From Brevundimonas sp. (lineage in GTDB: Bacteria > Pseudomonadota > Alphaproteobacteria > Caulobacterales > Caulobacteraceae), in assembly GCF_041648055.1 (NCBI RefSeq), contig NZ_JBAZPS010000008.1, forward strand, positions 28,742 through 92,741: a DNA stretch of 64,000 nt, in the 5' to 3' direction. Positions within the stretch are counted from its first letter, which is position 1, and every line of letters starts with the position of its first letter. The notes below the pieces were generated by a model. That model saw only the letters and a list, made by a program, of their open reading frames with translations, was not told where the DNA came from and did no database searches. Positions 36,801 to 46,244 of this stretch are shown piece by piece. A program made the translations under genes and the position numbers.

Positions 36801-37871
36801 CCCCAACTGGACGAACGCGTGGTCGGACGCCTGCTCCACTTCCTCCCGGCGCGCCCCGAGACCTGGTCGGCGGTCGCGGCCTACGGCCTCTCGTCAGAAG
36901 ATCGCTACTGGCGTACTCTCGCGGGGTGGGCGGTGGCTGAGACCAAAGAGGAAACCGAGCACGCGATCCGGCGCTTCAACGTCGTCGATCGCGCTCGTGA
37001 CTCTCTCCATCTGATCGGAAGCCGCCTTGAAGTCGACCTCGATCCAAAGCTGATCGTCGAGACGCTCCACTTGGCGCTGAAGACGATGAACCAGGCGAGC
37101 GAGGACACGAACGAGCCGGTGATGCGGCTCCACTACCTCACGCGGATCCTCGCCCACCTCGAAAACCATCCCGAGGTGTCGGACGAAACCTTGGTCCTGC
37201 TCGAGTGGTACTACTTCCACATGCTGCGGTACTCCGAGCGACCCAGCCCGGCTTTACACCGCGAACTGGCGAGGAACCCGGACTTCTTCCTCCAGGTGCT
37301 GACCATGGTCTTCCTGCGGGACGACGACGGCGGCGGCGCAGACGAGGACCTCCCGGGCGGACCCGCGACGCCGGAACAGCGGGCCGCCATGGCCCGGCAC
37401 GGCTACGATGTGCTGGATGCTTGGAACCGCATCCCCGGCGCAGACGACAAGGGGCGGATCGACGGCGCCGAACTCGAGCGGTGGGTCACGGAAGTGCGCC
37501 GCCGCGCGTCGGAACTGGGACGCAGCCTGCCGGCTGACCTCCGGATCGGCCGCATCCTCGGGATGAGCGCAAAACCAGCCGGCGAGGTTTGGCCTCCCAT
37601 CGCCATCCGCGAGATTCTCGAGAGCGCAGGATCAGAGACCCTGGAGGATGCTTTCGTCTCGGGTGCGTATTCATCGCGCGGAGTGATCACCCGTGACCTG
37701 AGGGAAGGCGGTCGCAAGGAGCGGACGCTGTCTGACCGCTACAGAGATCACTCGTCGGCGATGGCGTCAGACTACCCCGTCACCGCCCGGCTACTGAATG
37801 ACATCGCCGATATCTACGACGGGCGGGCGAAGCGCGAAGATGACGAGGTCGAGGAGCGGAGCTGGCACTGA
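33819..37871 (+). CDS. very large (1350 aa) HTH-domain protein of unknown function
   Basis: Start set at ATG 33819; N-terminal XRE-like HTH ([27 protein letters not shown]); no Walker A seen by eye; long helical remainder. Confidence 0.75.
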
Positions 37872-37889
37872 GATGCCAGCCGAGCGTGA

Positions 37890-38813
37890 TCAGCTTGCTG
37901 CGCCTCGAAGCTGATTGAGGCGCTCGCGGCAGACTTCGGCGACGACGGCCCCGAGGCGGCGGGCCGAAATCGCCAGCATTTCGAGGTCTTCCCGGCTGAC
38001 ATCGTACTGGTCCGAATAGCGGGCCTCGACATAGGCGCGCTTCAGCGTCTCGAACCGCCGCCGTTCGGCCCGCTGCTCACGCGGCCACGCCTCGACAAGG
38101 CGCTTGTCGATGTCCTCGGCCAGCGACCTCAGGAACTTGATGTTGTGGGACCGCGGGAAATAGAACGTGTGGACGAGCAGGAAACAGATGTAAGCCGCCT
38201 CCACAGTCTGGTGGAGTTGGAACGCTGCGTTCTTACGCCTCGAAAGCGTCGACTCCTGCGCCAGCAGGTGCGCGACGGTGTCGAGCCAGACTTCAATGTC
38301 CGCCTGCTTCGTATCGAAGTACCGCTGCGCCATCTCCAAGGCGTCAGCCGGCGTCATCGGCTTGGGAGTCGCCAACGGATGGCCCGGCAGCTCGTAGAGC
38401 ATGACCCCGTCGCGGGCGATGTCGGTCCAGAAGTATTCGCCGCGTCCGAGAGCCTGGTTCACCTCGGCGAGGTCGTGCACGATGATGTTGACGATCCGGC
38501 CAACCGACGGGTCGTGGAGGATCTTATTCTCGGCCTCCCACCAGTAGTCGGCGATGTCGGTCAGCTTGGGGTGGCTGACGATGACCAGCAGATCAAAGTC
38601 CGAGAGGTAGCCGTTGTCCGGTTCGTCCACCCAGTCGGTGCGGGCGTAGCTGCCGAACAGGATGATCTTGAGGACCTTGCCGCCCTTGCGCCAATCCGAC
38701 GTGCCGCCCGCGCCTTTCCGGAGCGCCGCTTCGAACTCCGTCAGCAGGGTCGCGCGGACGTGCGCCAGCTCCTGCTGCTGACGTTCGGGGAGATGGTCGA
38801 GGGTCGTTTTCAT
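37890..38813 (-). CDS. fused minimal nucleotidyltransferase (MNT) + HEPN domain protein
   Basis: 307 aa; LFGSYARTDW ... SDFDLLVIV (GS..DxD NTase motifs); C-terminal helical HEPN-like domain with AYVEARY. Confidence 0.75.
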   Translation of the reverse strand: MKTTLDHLPERQQQELAHVRATLLTEFEAALRKGAGGTSDWRKGGKVLKIILFGSYARTDWVDEPDNGYLSDFDLLVIVSHPKLTDIADYWWEAENKILHDPSVGRIVNIIVHDLAEVNQALGRGEYFWTDIARDGVMLYELPGHPLATPKPMTPADALEMAQRYFDTKQADIEVWLDTVAHLLAQESTLSRRKNAAFQLHQTVEAAYICFLLVHTFYFPRSHNIKFLRSLAEDIDKRLVEAWPREQRAERRRFETLKRAYVEARYSDQYDVSREDLEMLAISARRLGAVVAEVCRERLNQLRGAAS

Positions 38814-39165
38814 CGCGATGACTCTAGCGAGAAATTCGCGTTCTGCCGGATATATTTTGGCCGACCGGCACAGATACCCACGAAGCTAGGCTGGAGGCCG
38901 CACAACCGTTAGTCTCACTCCGAGAGCGGCGGTCACGCCGGTGGGATCATCGCTGAAAACCACCCTAGAACCTGCCCCTCGCGCCACAGAGGCCGTCGCC
39001 AGGGAGCCGCGCATTCTTCGAGTCTTCGCCCACCTCGCCAACCTCACCCAAGGACTGGCCGCACTTCGAAAGCCGTCGCTCCAGCGGATCACGACACGGC
39101 TCCACCGCGAGCATCTCCGGCGGAACGTCGCGTCCGCCGGGCTGCGGCATGGATCGGGCCGTCGC

Positions 39166-42100
39166 ATGCTCGCGTTCGTCCGTCGACACTGGCGGGTGTC
39201 GCTCCTTGTGGCGATCGCCCTCTACGGCGTTGTCGGCACGATCACCGCCCTTGTGCCGCCCACCGATTACGGACCGCAAATACCGGGCGATCTGGCCGAC
39301 TATTTCCGCGATCTCCAGACCATCAACCTGGCCCTGCTGGGCGCGCAGGCGACCTTGCTGGGCCTGGTCTATCCCCTGGTGATCGCCTTGGTCGGAATGC
39401 TGTTTGAGACGCGGTCCTCGACCGGCCACCGGCTTCAGATCTATTTCTCCGAGACCGAGGCGGCTTCCGTAGGCGGCCTGGCGCTGACCTACATCGCCTT
39501 CGTGGCCCTGCAGTCGCTCCTCTACGCCCAGCTCGAGCTCAAGGTCGTCGGCGCGATCACCGTGCTCAACGTGATCTGGTTCGCCATCAATCTCCTGGGC
39601 CTGGCCTTCTTTGTTCTGAGAAGCCTGGATTTCATCCAGCCGACCCGCCGCGTTCGACTGACGCGGAGCTACATCGCCAACATCGCCTGGCGCGATCAGT
39701 TGCGCGGCCTGATGCTCGCGAACCGCTGGGTGAACGCCGCGAGGTACAAATATCTGCCCGAGGACGCGGCCGAGTCCGAGTTCACCATCACGCCTTTCAT
39801 CAGCGACGCCGACCTCGTCGCCCGCGAATTCTCCAGCCCACGCCGGCTGCGTGACATCCGCTTCGGCGTACTGTCCGTGGCCCTCAAAGCCAGAACGAAG
39901 CGCGCTTCGGCCGAGGACAAGGAAATCCGCACGACGTTAGCGGGATGGCCCGGTCAGGACTACGCCAGCCGCGCGGTCCTGGTTCGAGGCGTGGGTGAAG
40001 CGAGCTGGTCCGAACGCCGGCTATTCCTCGCCGCCTTCCGGTTCGGTCCCGTCTCACACGCGGACCCAATCCCGACGACCGAGGGCCTTCTGGCGGAGGG
40101 CGCCGCCGATCTCGTCTCGCTGTTCGATGCTGGTCGGCTCGATGATTTCAAGGCGCGCCTGAGGGAACTGCTCGAACAGCACGCGCTCTACTATCAGCTG
40201 GCGCAAACGCCCCAGAACCCCGGCGACCCACCCTTCAACTACGGCGCCATGGACGCCGGTTTCCAATCGCTCGCGATGGAATGGGTGCGCGCCTACATCC
40301 CCTTGCTGGACCGTCTTGCGGAACGGCTGAGCAGCGACCCCAAGTTTCTGGAGAGCGCGGCCTCGCTTGCCGCCCGGCTTCAGCACCGTGTTGGGAGCGC
40401 TCCGCACGAAGCGACCCGCGCATTGTTCTTCCCGACCATGTATCTGGTGCGCGGCCTGCTCCTCACCGCGACGCGCAGTCGAACCCTGTCGCCAGGGACG
40501 ACGCCCGAGCCGACCTTCGCGTTCTCGGGTCCGAAGGCGGACGCCTATACCCGCGCCTGGCAAGATGTTGTCGGGGGCTGGGAGACCTTCGCCGAAGCTC
40601 TCGCTCCGCTCGGGACCAGCAAGCCGGCGCCAGGATGGCCCCAGATCCGGGCCCTGGCGCCGGGTTTGGCGCGACATCTGCGCGACACGGCGATGATGGT
40701 CGCCGTGGCGGCTCAATCCGGCGAGACCATCGCCATCCGCTGGACCATCGATCTCATGCTCAAATGGGACGAGCGCAATCGGCGGATCTGGCCGACGTCA
40801 AGCCAGGGTTGGGCCGTCGGGCGCGCACTGCCTACTCTGGAGCTGACGTCCCGGGAATGGGAGGCCGTGCCCGCCTCTCTCTACCGTCACGACGATCGCC
40901 CCGCAGAACCGATCGATGTCTTCGACGCGGCGATCGAGAACGCCTGGCGAGACACCCTTCTGGTGCTCGTCTGCAGCCTGATCGGACGCTCCGTTTCTCC
41001 CGCTCCCGGCGTGGTGAATGACGGCGCGGCCATGGCCGCCTGCGCCCTGTTCCAGAATCGGGAGTTCGACGCCGGCGCCTCCTATCACCCGCGTTCCGCC
41101 CCGCTGGTCACGGAGGAAATCCTGCGCTCGATCCTCCGCCTCGTCGGCGAGTCCGGTCGTGACGACGCAGCCTACGGGCGGTCCATCGAGGAGCTCGCCG
41201 AGCAAATCAGCCGCCTGGAGGGGCCGAACTACATCTCCGGTCGGGTCTATGGGTGGTCGGGAGAGGCGTCTCTCTGGGGTCAGAACACGACCCATGGCCT
41301 GCTGATCGCCGCCAGCCTGAATACACTGCCCGCCGGAAGAACGGGCAAGATCGGCGTGTCGGGCACGATCAGAACCCTTCTTCTGCCAGCCTCCGATGAA
41401 GCGCGACGAGCGATCATCCGGCATCTGGAGGGAATCCGCGATGCATTGCCCGGGATCGATCGTGTCCACGGAGCGGGGATAGCGTCCGCACTGACCGCAT
41501 CCGTGATCGATGTGCCCGAGCTCGAGACACGTCTGGACCGGGTGCGGGAGTGGTTGGAGGAATGCCTTTCGCTCATCCACGTCGCGCGTGAGCAGGTCCT
41601 GTTGTCCGCTCCAGTCGACACCGCCGCGCTGAGGGCGATTTCCGACGCCGCCCAAACCAAGGGCTTCTCCAAGGCAGAAGGGGCCTTCCCGGTATCGGCC
41701 TTCGCCGTGATCGATCAATCCTCCGACGCTCTGAAGCCTAGGGTCTATCGCCAGACGCACGTCCGCCGAGGAAGCTACGTCTTGCCCCCGATGGACGACC
41801 GGATGGGCAGCGAGGGAGAGTGGTGGGCGCACGAACTCGTGGGTCGCGTGGGCGAGATCGTGCTTCTCGATGTGCTCGAGGCCTCCACCCCGTCGCGACG
41901 ATCCCCGCGCAGCGCAGCGACCTATTGGAAGGCTCTGTCCGAAGCGCTCGAGGCCGTGCGCGCGACCGGGCAATCACCCGTGGTGATCCGGCCTCATCGG
42001 CAGGACCCTAAATGTCTCTGGGACTGGACCCACGGCAGCGGCGATCGCCCATCGGACTTCGCCTTCGTGCGCCAGCCGAATGAAGACGACAGCTACGACT

Positions 42101-42345
42101 TCCATCTCAACGGTACGCCCGTCTACTCGTCGAGAGCCGCGAACGGAGCCACATGGGTGTTCGGCGTGGAGCGGCTGGATCGGCTGACGTTCCAATCCTT
42201 CGGCGAAGAGGGTCTGACGAAACTGACGCTGGAGCCGGATGCGGCGAATCCGTGGTCGGCCTCCCTGCGTCTTGAGTGGGCACGCAGGGTCCGCCTGTCC
42301 GACGGCCCGGCGTTCCGCATCTCGCACCCCAAGCCATCGTCGTGA
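39166..42345 (+). CDS. large membrane-anchored protein (about 1059 aa; four predicted N-terminal TM helices) of unknown function
   Basis: Start uncertain (ATG 39166; track GTG 38941); hydrophobic segments SLLVAIALYGVVGTITALV, LALLGAQATLLGLVYPLVIALVGML, VGGLALTYIAFVALQSLLY, ITVLNVIWFAINLLGLAFFVL; no catalytic motif recognised. Confidence 0.7.
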   Translation: MLAFVRRHWRVSLLVAIALYGVVGTITALVPPTDYGPQIPGDLADYFRDLQTINLALLGAQATLLGLVYPLVIALVGMLFETRSSTGHRLQIYFSETEAASVGGLALTYIAFVALQSLLYAQLELKVVGAITVLNVIWFAINLLGLAFFVLRSLDFIQPTRRVRLTRSYIANIAWRDQLRGLMLANRWVNAARYKYLPEDAAESEFTITPFISDADLVAREFSSPRRLRDIRFGVLSVALKARTKRASAEDKEIRTTLAGWPGQDYASRAVLVRGVGEASWSERRLFLAAFRFGPVSHADPIPTTEGLLAEGAADLVSLFDAGRLDDFKARLRELLEQHALYYQLAQTPQNPGDPPFNYGAMDAGFQSLAMEWVRAYIPLLDRLAERLSSDPKFLESAASLAARLQHRVGSAPHEATRALFFPTMYLVRGLLLTATRSRTLSPGTTPEPTFAFSGPKADAYTRAWQDVVGGWETFAEALAPLGTSKPAPGWPQIRALAPGLARHLRDTAMMVAVAAQSGETIAIRWTIDLMLKWDERNRRIWPTSSQGWAVGRALPTLELTSREWEAVPASLYRHDDRPAEPIDVFDAAIENAWRDTLLVLVCSLIGRSVSPAPGVVNDGAAMAACALFQNREFDAGASYHPRSAPLVTEEILRSILRLVGESGRDDAAYGRSIEELAEQISRLEGPNYISGRVYGWSGEASLWGQNTTHGLLIAASLNTLPAGRTGKIGVSGTIRTLLLPASDEARRAIIRHLEGIRDALPGIDRVHGAGIASALTASVIDVPELETRLDRVREWLEECLSLIHVAREQVLLSAPVDTAALRAISDAAQTKGFSKAEGAFPVSAFAVIDQSSDALKPRVYRQTHVRRGSYVLPPMDDRMGSEGEWWAHELVGRVGEIVLLDVLEASTPSRRSPRSAATYWKALSEALEAVRATGQSPVVIRPHRQDPKCLWDWTHGSGDRPSDFAFVRQPNEDDSYDFHLNGTPVYSSRAANGATWVFGVERLDRLTFQSFGEEGLTKLTLEPDAANPWSASLRLEWARRVRLSDGPAFRISHPKPSS

Positions 42346-42430
42346 CAGCCCGGCGATCGCGTTCCCGCCATGGACGGCGCTCGGCCGTGTTCCTACAGTT
42401 GCCCCACCTGAATGTTCGGAAGGTCACGCA

Positions 42431-43108
42431 GTGACAGAGGCGCTCCTCAATCAACTGGTCGAAACGGTAGAGGCGCACTACGCCGCCCCCGAGGCGCCGC
42501 CGCTGCTCGCATCGCGCTTTGGGCATAGCAACAAGGCCCTCCTGAACGACCTGAAGGGCGCCTATGGCGGACTGCTGGCTGCCGTCCGGGCCGCCGGCGA
42601 GGACCGCCTCAGGATCGCCGACACCCGCCCCGGGCGGGAGGTCATCGCGCCGGCGGACCGGGCCGCCGATATCGGCAATGAGGTGCAGCAACTGTCTGCG
42701 ACGGCGCGGGCGGCCGGCTCCAGTTTCGACAGTCTTCCGAAGTCCGTTCAGATCGCCTTCTGTGTTCGGACCGAGGCCGGGGAAGTCGTCACCCTTCGTG
42801 TGACCTCGCCCTACGACTACAAACGCATCAAGGCCGGTGAAATGGTTCGGCCCGGCTTCCGCATCATCGCGGAAGAATATCGCAAGCCCGGTCTCGCCCT
42901 CGCTTCAGCCACCGTCCAGGACAAGCAGGCTTTGTGGCGACAGTTCCTCGCCTGGGCCCAGCAGGAGCAGCTCGACCCTGCGACCTTCCAGGCCGCCAAG
43001 AAAGACAGCAACGCCCTGGCCCGGTTCCTCGCCGCCCAGCCTTCGGACATTATCGGCCGCATCGTCATTCCGGCCGATATCGCAGAGATGCTTCTTCGGC
43101 GGAGCTAG
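42431..43108 (+). CDS. hypothetical protein (225 aa)
   Basis: GTG 42431 with GGAAGG 7 nt upstream; the track start 42239 overlaps the preceding gene. Confidence 0.6.
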   Translation: MTEALLNQLVETVEAHYAAPEAPPLLASRFGHSNKALLNDLKGAYGGLLAAVRAAGEDRLRIADTRPGREVIAPADRAADIGNEVQQLSATARAAGSSFDSLPKSVQIAFCVRTEAGEVVTLRVTSPYDYKRIKAGEMVRPGFRIIAEEYRKPGLALASATVQDKQALWRQFLAWAQQEQLDPATFQAAKKDSNALARFLAAQPSDIIGRIVIPADIAEMLLRRS

Positions 43109-43110
43109 GC

Positions 43111-44148
43111 GTGGCGGGGAAGGTCAAGACCAAGGCGAAGCCTGTTTCGCGAGCGAAGACACGCGGCGTCGCCGGCCGAGCGCCGCTGCTTGTGCTCGCG
43201 GGCTTGCCGCAAGCCAGCGCCGCCGCCGCCGCGAACACGATCAACAACGACGGAAGGACGCCGTGGCGGGCGACTACGGTCGCCTTCCCGGATCGCGACC
43301 CCGTTTACGACGTCGCAGCCGTCGAGGAGCTCGCTGCTCAGGTTCTCGCCTATGCCAGGGAGAACTATCAGGGCGAAGAGAACCCGGTGAACCCGACCCG
43401 CATCGTTCTCGCCTATGTCGACGATGAGTGGACCCAACCGTTATGGGAGGTCTTCGGCAGCGCCGTCTTCCCGATACGCATGGCGGACCCTGGCTGGGAG
43501 TGGCCGGACGGTCGCCCATGGCGTTTTGACGCTGATGCCGTGCATGCAGCCGTGAACCGCGCACGCGTCACCGCCGAAAGTGAGGAGGTGAACGGCACCC
43601 GGCGAAGGCTCGAAGCCCATCGTCGCGACGATCCGTTGCTTCTGCCGGCCCGAAACTTCGAGCTGGCCCGAAATGCGGTGTTTCATGACCGCTTCCTCGC
43701 CCTGCTGGAGAGCGGGATCGCACCTGCGGACATCGCCGCGATCGACGAGGACGTCGAGCGCCGCAAGTTCCCGTTCAAGCATCTGCCGAAATTCTACGCC
43801 AAGACAGGCGGGCAGAATAAGAGCTTCGCAATCGACCGACGCGACCTCGTCTTTGCGAAGGCTCATGTGGGCCAGGACGGAGGGGTCCACGATATCCCTG
43901 CGGACGCCGAAGAGGACCTGACCGCGGCCAGGCTGCGTCGGGAACTTGAAAGCCGCTTCCGGTTCGGGACCCCGCTTCAGCCCCCCGGCTTTCAGCACGA
44001 TGTTCAGAGGGAGTTCGGCACCCCTCTGGTCCGGGAGCGCATGTTCTGCATCGATCGCGGCCCGGTGCATGTGTTTGGGGATCACGCCAACGTCTTCGGC
44101 AGCGACATGATCACCGCACACCGGATCGAAGACGCCCAGAATGAGTAA
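43111..44148 (+). CDS. hypothetical protein (345 aa)
   Basis: GTG 43111 two nt after the preceding TAG, GGAG 6 nt upstream; lysine/arginine-rich N-terminus; no motif recognised. Confidence 0.6.
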   Translation: MAGKVKTKAKPVSRAKTRGVAGRAPLLVLAGLPQASAAAAANTINNDGRTPWRATTVAFPDRDPVYDVAAVEELAAQVLAYARENYQGEENPVNPTRIVLAYVDDEWTQPLWEVFGSAVFPIRMADPGWEWPDGRPWRFDADAVHAAVNRARVTAESEEVNGTRRRLEAHRRDDPLLLPARNFELARNAVFHDRFLALLESGIAPADIAAIDEDVERRKFPFKHLPKFYAKTGGQNKSFAIDRRDLVFAKAHVGQDGGVHDIPADAEEDLTAARLRRELESRFRFGTPLQPPGFQHDVQREFGTPLVRERMFCIDRGPVHVFGDHANVFGSDMITAHRIEDAQNE

Positions 44149-44149
44149 A

Positions 44150-44173
44150 GGGCGGGTGCTGGTGCACCCGCCC
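44150..44173 (+). terminator. perfect 10-bp GC-rich stem-loop directly after the operon stop
   Basis: GGGCGGGTGC tggt GCACCCGCCC starting 2 nt after TAA 44146-44148; no U tract. Confidence 0.5.
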
Positions 44174-44591
44174 GATACATAGTCGCGTTATCTTCGTTTA
44201 CCGCCGATTCAGTTGAGGTCTCAACTGCGTCGGCCCCAAAGCTCCAAGGCCCTATGTCCCCAGTGCCCGGTTTCAACGGATCCAAGATCCTCGGCGACGG
44301 CGAGAGAGGTGTTATCCCCTCGTCAGTCCCGTGCACTTCCACCAAAAATGGCTCAGGTGCGAATTAGGATAACGCAAAAACCTGCGTACTATTTAGGCGC
44401 AAACCGCCTTCACGACAAGCCGCACGCTTTAAAGCGCGCTGTGGAGGTGCGCCGGGCGTTGAGAACATGTGAGATTCGCATGCGCTCACGCCTTTAGCCG
44501 AAGCCTGTACATACGCGTGAGCCGCACCGGGCGGCGCCATTCTAACGTAGAGACAGGCCGACAGGTAGGTCGCGGCGATCGTGAACCGTCG

Positions 44592-45257
44592 TCAGGCCAA
44601 GAGCACAGCGGCAGCCTCGGCCGGCGTATGGACCATGTAGTCCGGCACGGCGGCGCTGAGAGCCGAGGCCGCTCCGTATCCCCAGGACACGGCCATGGCG
44701 GCCACATGAACGTGGTGCGCCGCTTCGATGTCCCGCACCTCGTCGCCGACGGCGCAGACGCGGGCCGGTTCGACATCCAGTTTACGGATCAGGGAAGAGA
44801 AGCGCGCCCCCTTGCCGAACAGCGACGCGCCGCAGCTAAAGGCGGAGATCAACGCCGCCGATGGCCCGAGCACCGCGCGGACGTTCTCTTCGCTGTTGGA
44901 GCTGACCACGGCAGACCGGACGCCGCCGTCATGCAGCCGCCGCAGAAGATCGGGGACGCCTTCGAACAGCGCGATCTGGTGCGCCTCATCGGCCATTCGC
45001 TTGCGCAAATCGGCGGCGATCCCCGGCAGGCGGAGCGGCGACACGCCCAACGCCTTGACGACGTCTCGGGTCGGCAGGCCCCGAAGACGTTCGATCTCCG
45101 CCACATCGGGAGACCGGAAACGATGAGCCTCGGCGAGGCTCGGCAGCTGGGCGATGAACCATGCCGCGCTGTCGGCGAGCACGCCGTCGAAGTCGAACAG
45201 GACGAGTTTGTATTGGGCCATTCGGATCGCCATAGCGGGAATACGGTCGGCGGGCAC
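44592..45257 (-). CDS. HAD-superfamily hydrolase (phosphoglycolate-phosphatase-like)
   Basis: LVLFDFDGVLADS motif I; start ambiguous (45257, 45233 or 45221). Confidence 0.85.
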   Translation of the reverse strand: MPADRIPAMAIRMAQYKLVLFDFDGVLADSAAWFIAQLPSLAEAHRFRSPDVAEIERLRGLPTRDVVKALGVSPLRLPGIAADLRKRMADEAHQIALFEGVPDLLRRLHDGGVRSAVVSSNSEENVRAVLGPSAALISAFSCGASLFGKGARFSSLIRKLDVEPARVCAVGDEVRDIEAAHHVHVAAMAVSWGYGAASALSAAVPDYMVHTPAEAAAVLLA

Positions 45258-45354
45258 GGGGTCCCGCCCCGCTACGTCCCGCTGGCGATAAGAAACAGGG
45301 TGAATGGGGCCGTTAACGGCGACGCTTAAACGAGCCTTCAGCGCCTCGCACTAG

Positions 45355-45663
45355 GTGTCGGGAATGAGCTTCCCCGTCGCCAGACCCGATCGCCGCATTC
45401 TCGCGCGCCGCCGGTGCGCCGAACAGTGCGTCATCGAGTACGGCCAGGGAGAGACAGCGCCCGGGGTGCTGCGCCAGCTCGATCTGCACGGCGCTCGCGT
45501 CAGATTGCTCCAACGGGGCGCCTCGCTCTCGGGCGATGTCCGCATCCTCACGCAGGCCGGCGACGAGGTTTTCGGCGCGACGGCCTGGCGCATCGGCGAC
45601 GTGCTCGGCGTGCGGCGGCACTCCCGATCCGAAGCCAGGATCAGGGCGCTCGGGGCAAGCTGA
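45355..45663 (+). CDS. small PilZ-domain-like protein
   Basis: Strong third-position GC bias in this frame; DRRILARRR (RxxxR) and VLRQLDLHGARVRL (D-x-S/H-x-x-G-like); preferred over antisense ORF 45313..45717. Confidence 0.45.
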   Translation: MSGMSFPVARPDRRILARRRCAEQCVIEYGQGETAPGVLRQLDLHGARVRLLQRGASLSGDVRILTQAGDEVFGATAWRIGDVLGVRRHSRSEARIRALGAS

Positions 45664-45685
45664 ACCCCGCACTAGACCCAAGGCG

Positions 45686-46069
45686 CTAGAAGTCGAAGCC
45701 AAGCTGACCCTCTGCAATGACAGGGCCGCTCCGACGCCGGGGGCGCGACTTCGGCTTGCTTCCTCGCGGTGACGGCGACGGGTTCGGCTTTGCCGTCGGC
45801 GTCGCGATGACGCGGTCTTCGCGAGGACGGGGCGGCGTCGGCCTGATCGGTCGTGTCGCCGGCTGGGGTTCCGGTGCCGTGGAACCGCGGCTCTCGTTCC
45901 AGCGGGCGATATCGCGCTCGCGCCAGGCCACCCGTCCGGGCGAGATCGACACCGGCTCCGGAAAGTCTCCGGCCTGACGCATGCGCCAGGCGGTCGTGCG
46001 GCCGAGGCCCGTCAGGTCCCGGACCTGCCGCCAGCCCAGGAACCGCTCGAGCCCGTCGTCATGGGCCAT
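45686..46069 (-). CDS. AlpA-family (phage/ICE) HTH transcriptional regulator with Pro-rich basic tail
   Basis: Start ATG 46069; FLGWRQVRDLTGLGRTTAWRMRQAGDFPEPVSISPGRVAWRERDIARW. Confidence 0.75.
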   Translation of the reverse strand: MAHDDGLERFLGWRQVRDLTGLGRTTAWRMRQAGDFPEPVSISPGRVAWRERDIARWNESRGSTAPEPQPATRPIRPTPPRPREDRVIATPTAKPNPSPSPRGSKPKSRPRRRSGPVIAEGQLGFDF

Positions 46070-46244
46070 GACGCTGCTCCAGAAGCGCCGTCGCGCGATC
46101 CCCCATGACCGAGGCGAGCGCCGCCGCATCGTTGGCCGCGTCCAGGGGATCCCGGCTCCACCAGACCAGCAGCACGGCCTTGAGCGGATAGCTGACCGTC
46201 GGATCGTTCATCAGGGTCTCGAGACTGGGGCGGGTGGTCGTCAT
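46059..46244 (-). CDS. small hypothetical protein (61 aa)
   Basis: ATG 46244 with GGGAGG 6 nt upstream, ATGA overlap with the upstream gene. Confidence 0.5.
   Translation of the reverse strand: MTTTRPSLETLMNDPTVSYPLKAVLLVWWSRDPLDAANDAAALASVMGDRATALLEQRHGP

Noticed and set aside
45313-45717. 134-aa minus-strand ORF overlapping the PilZ-like ORF.
   Set aside because: The plus-strand frame has the better codon bias and PilZ-like RxxxR / DxSxxG-type motifs. The minus-strand product has no recognisable features.
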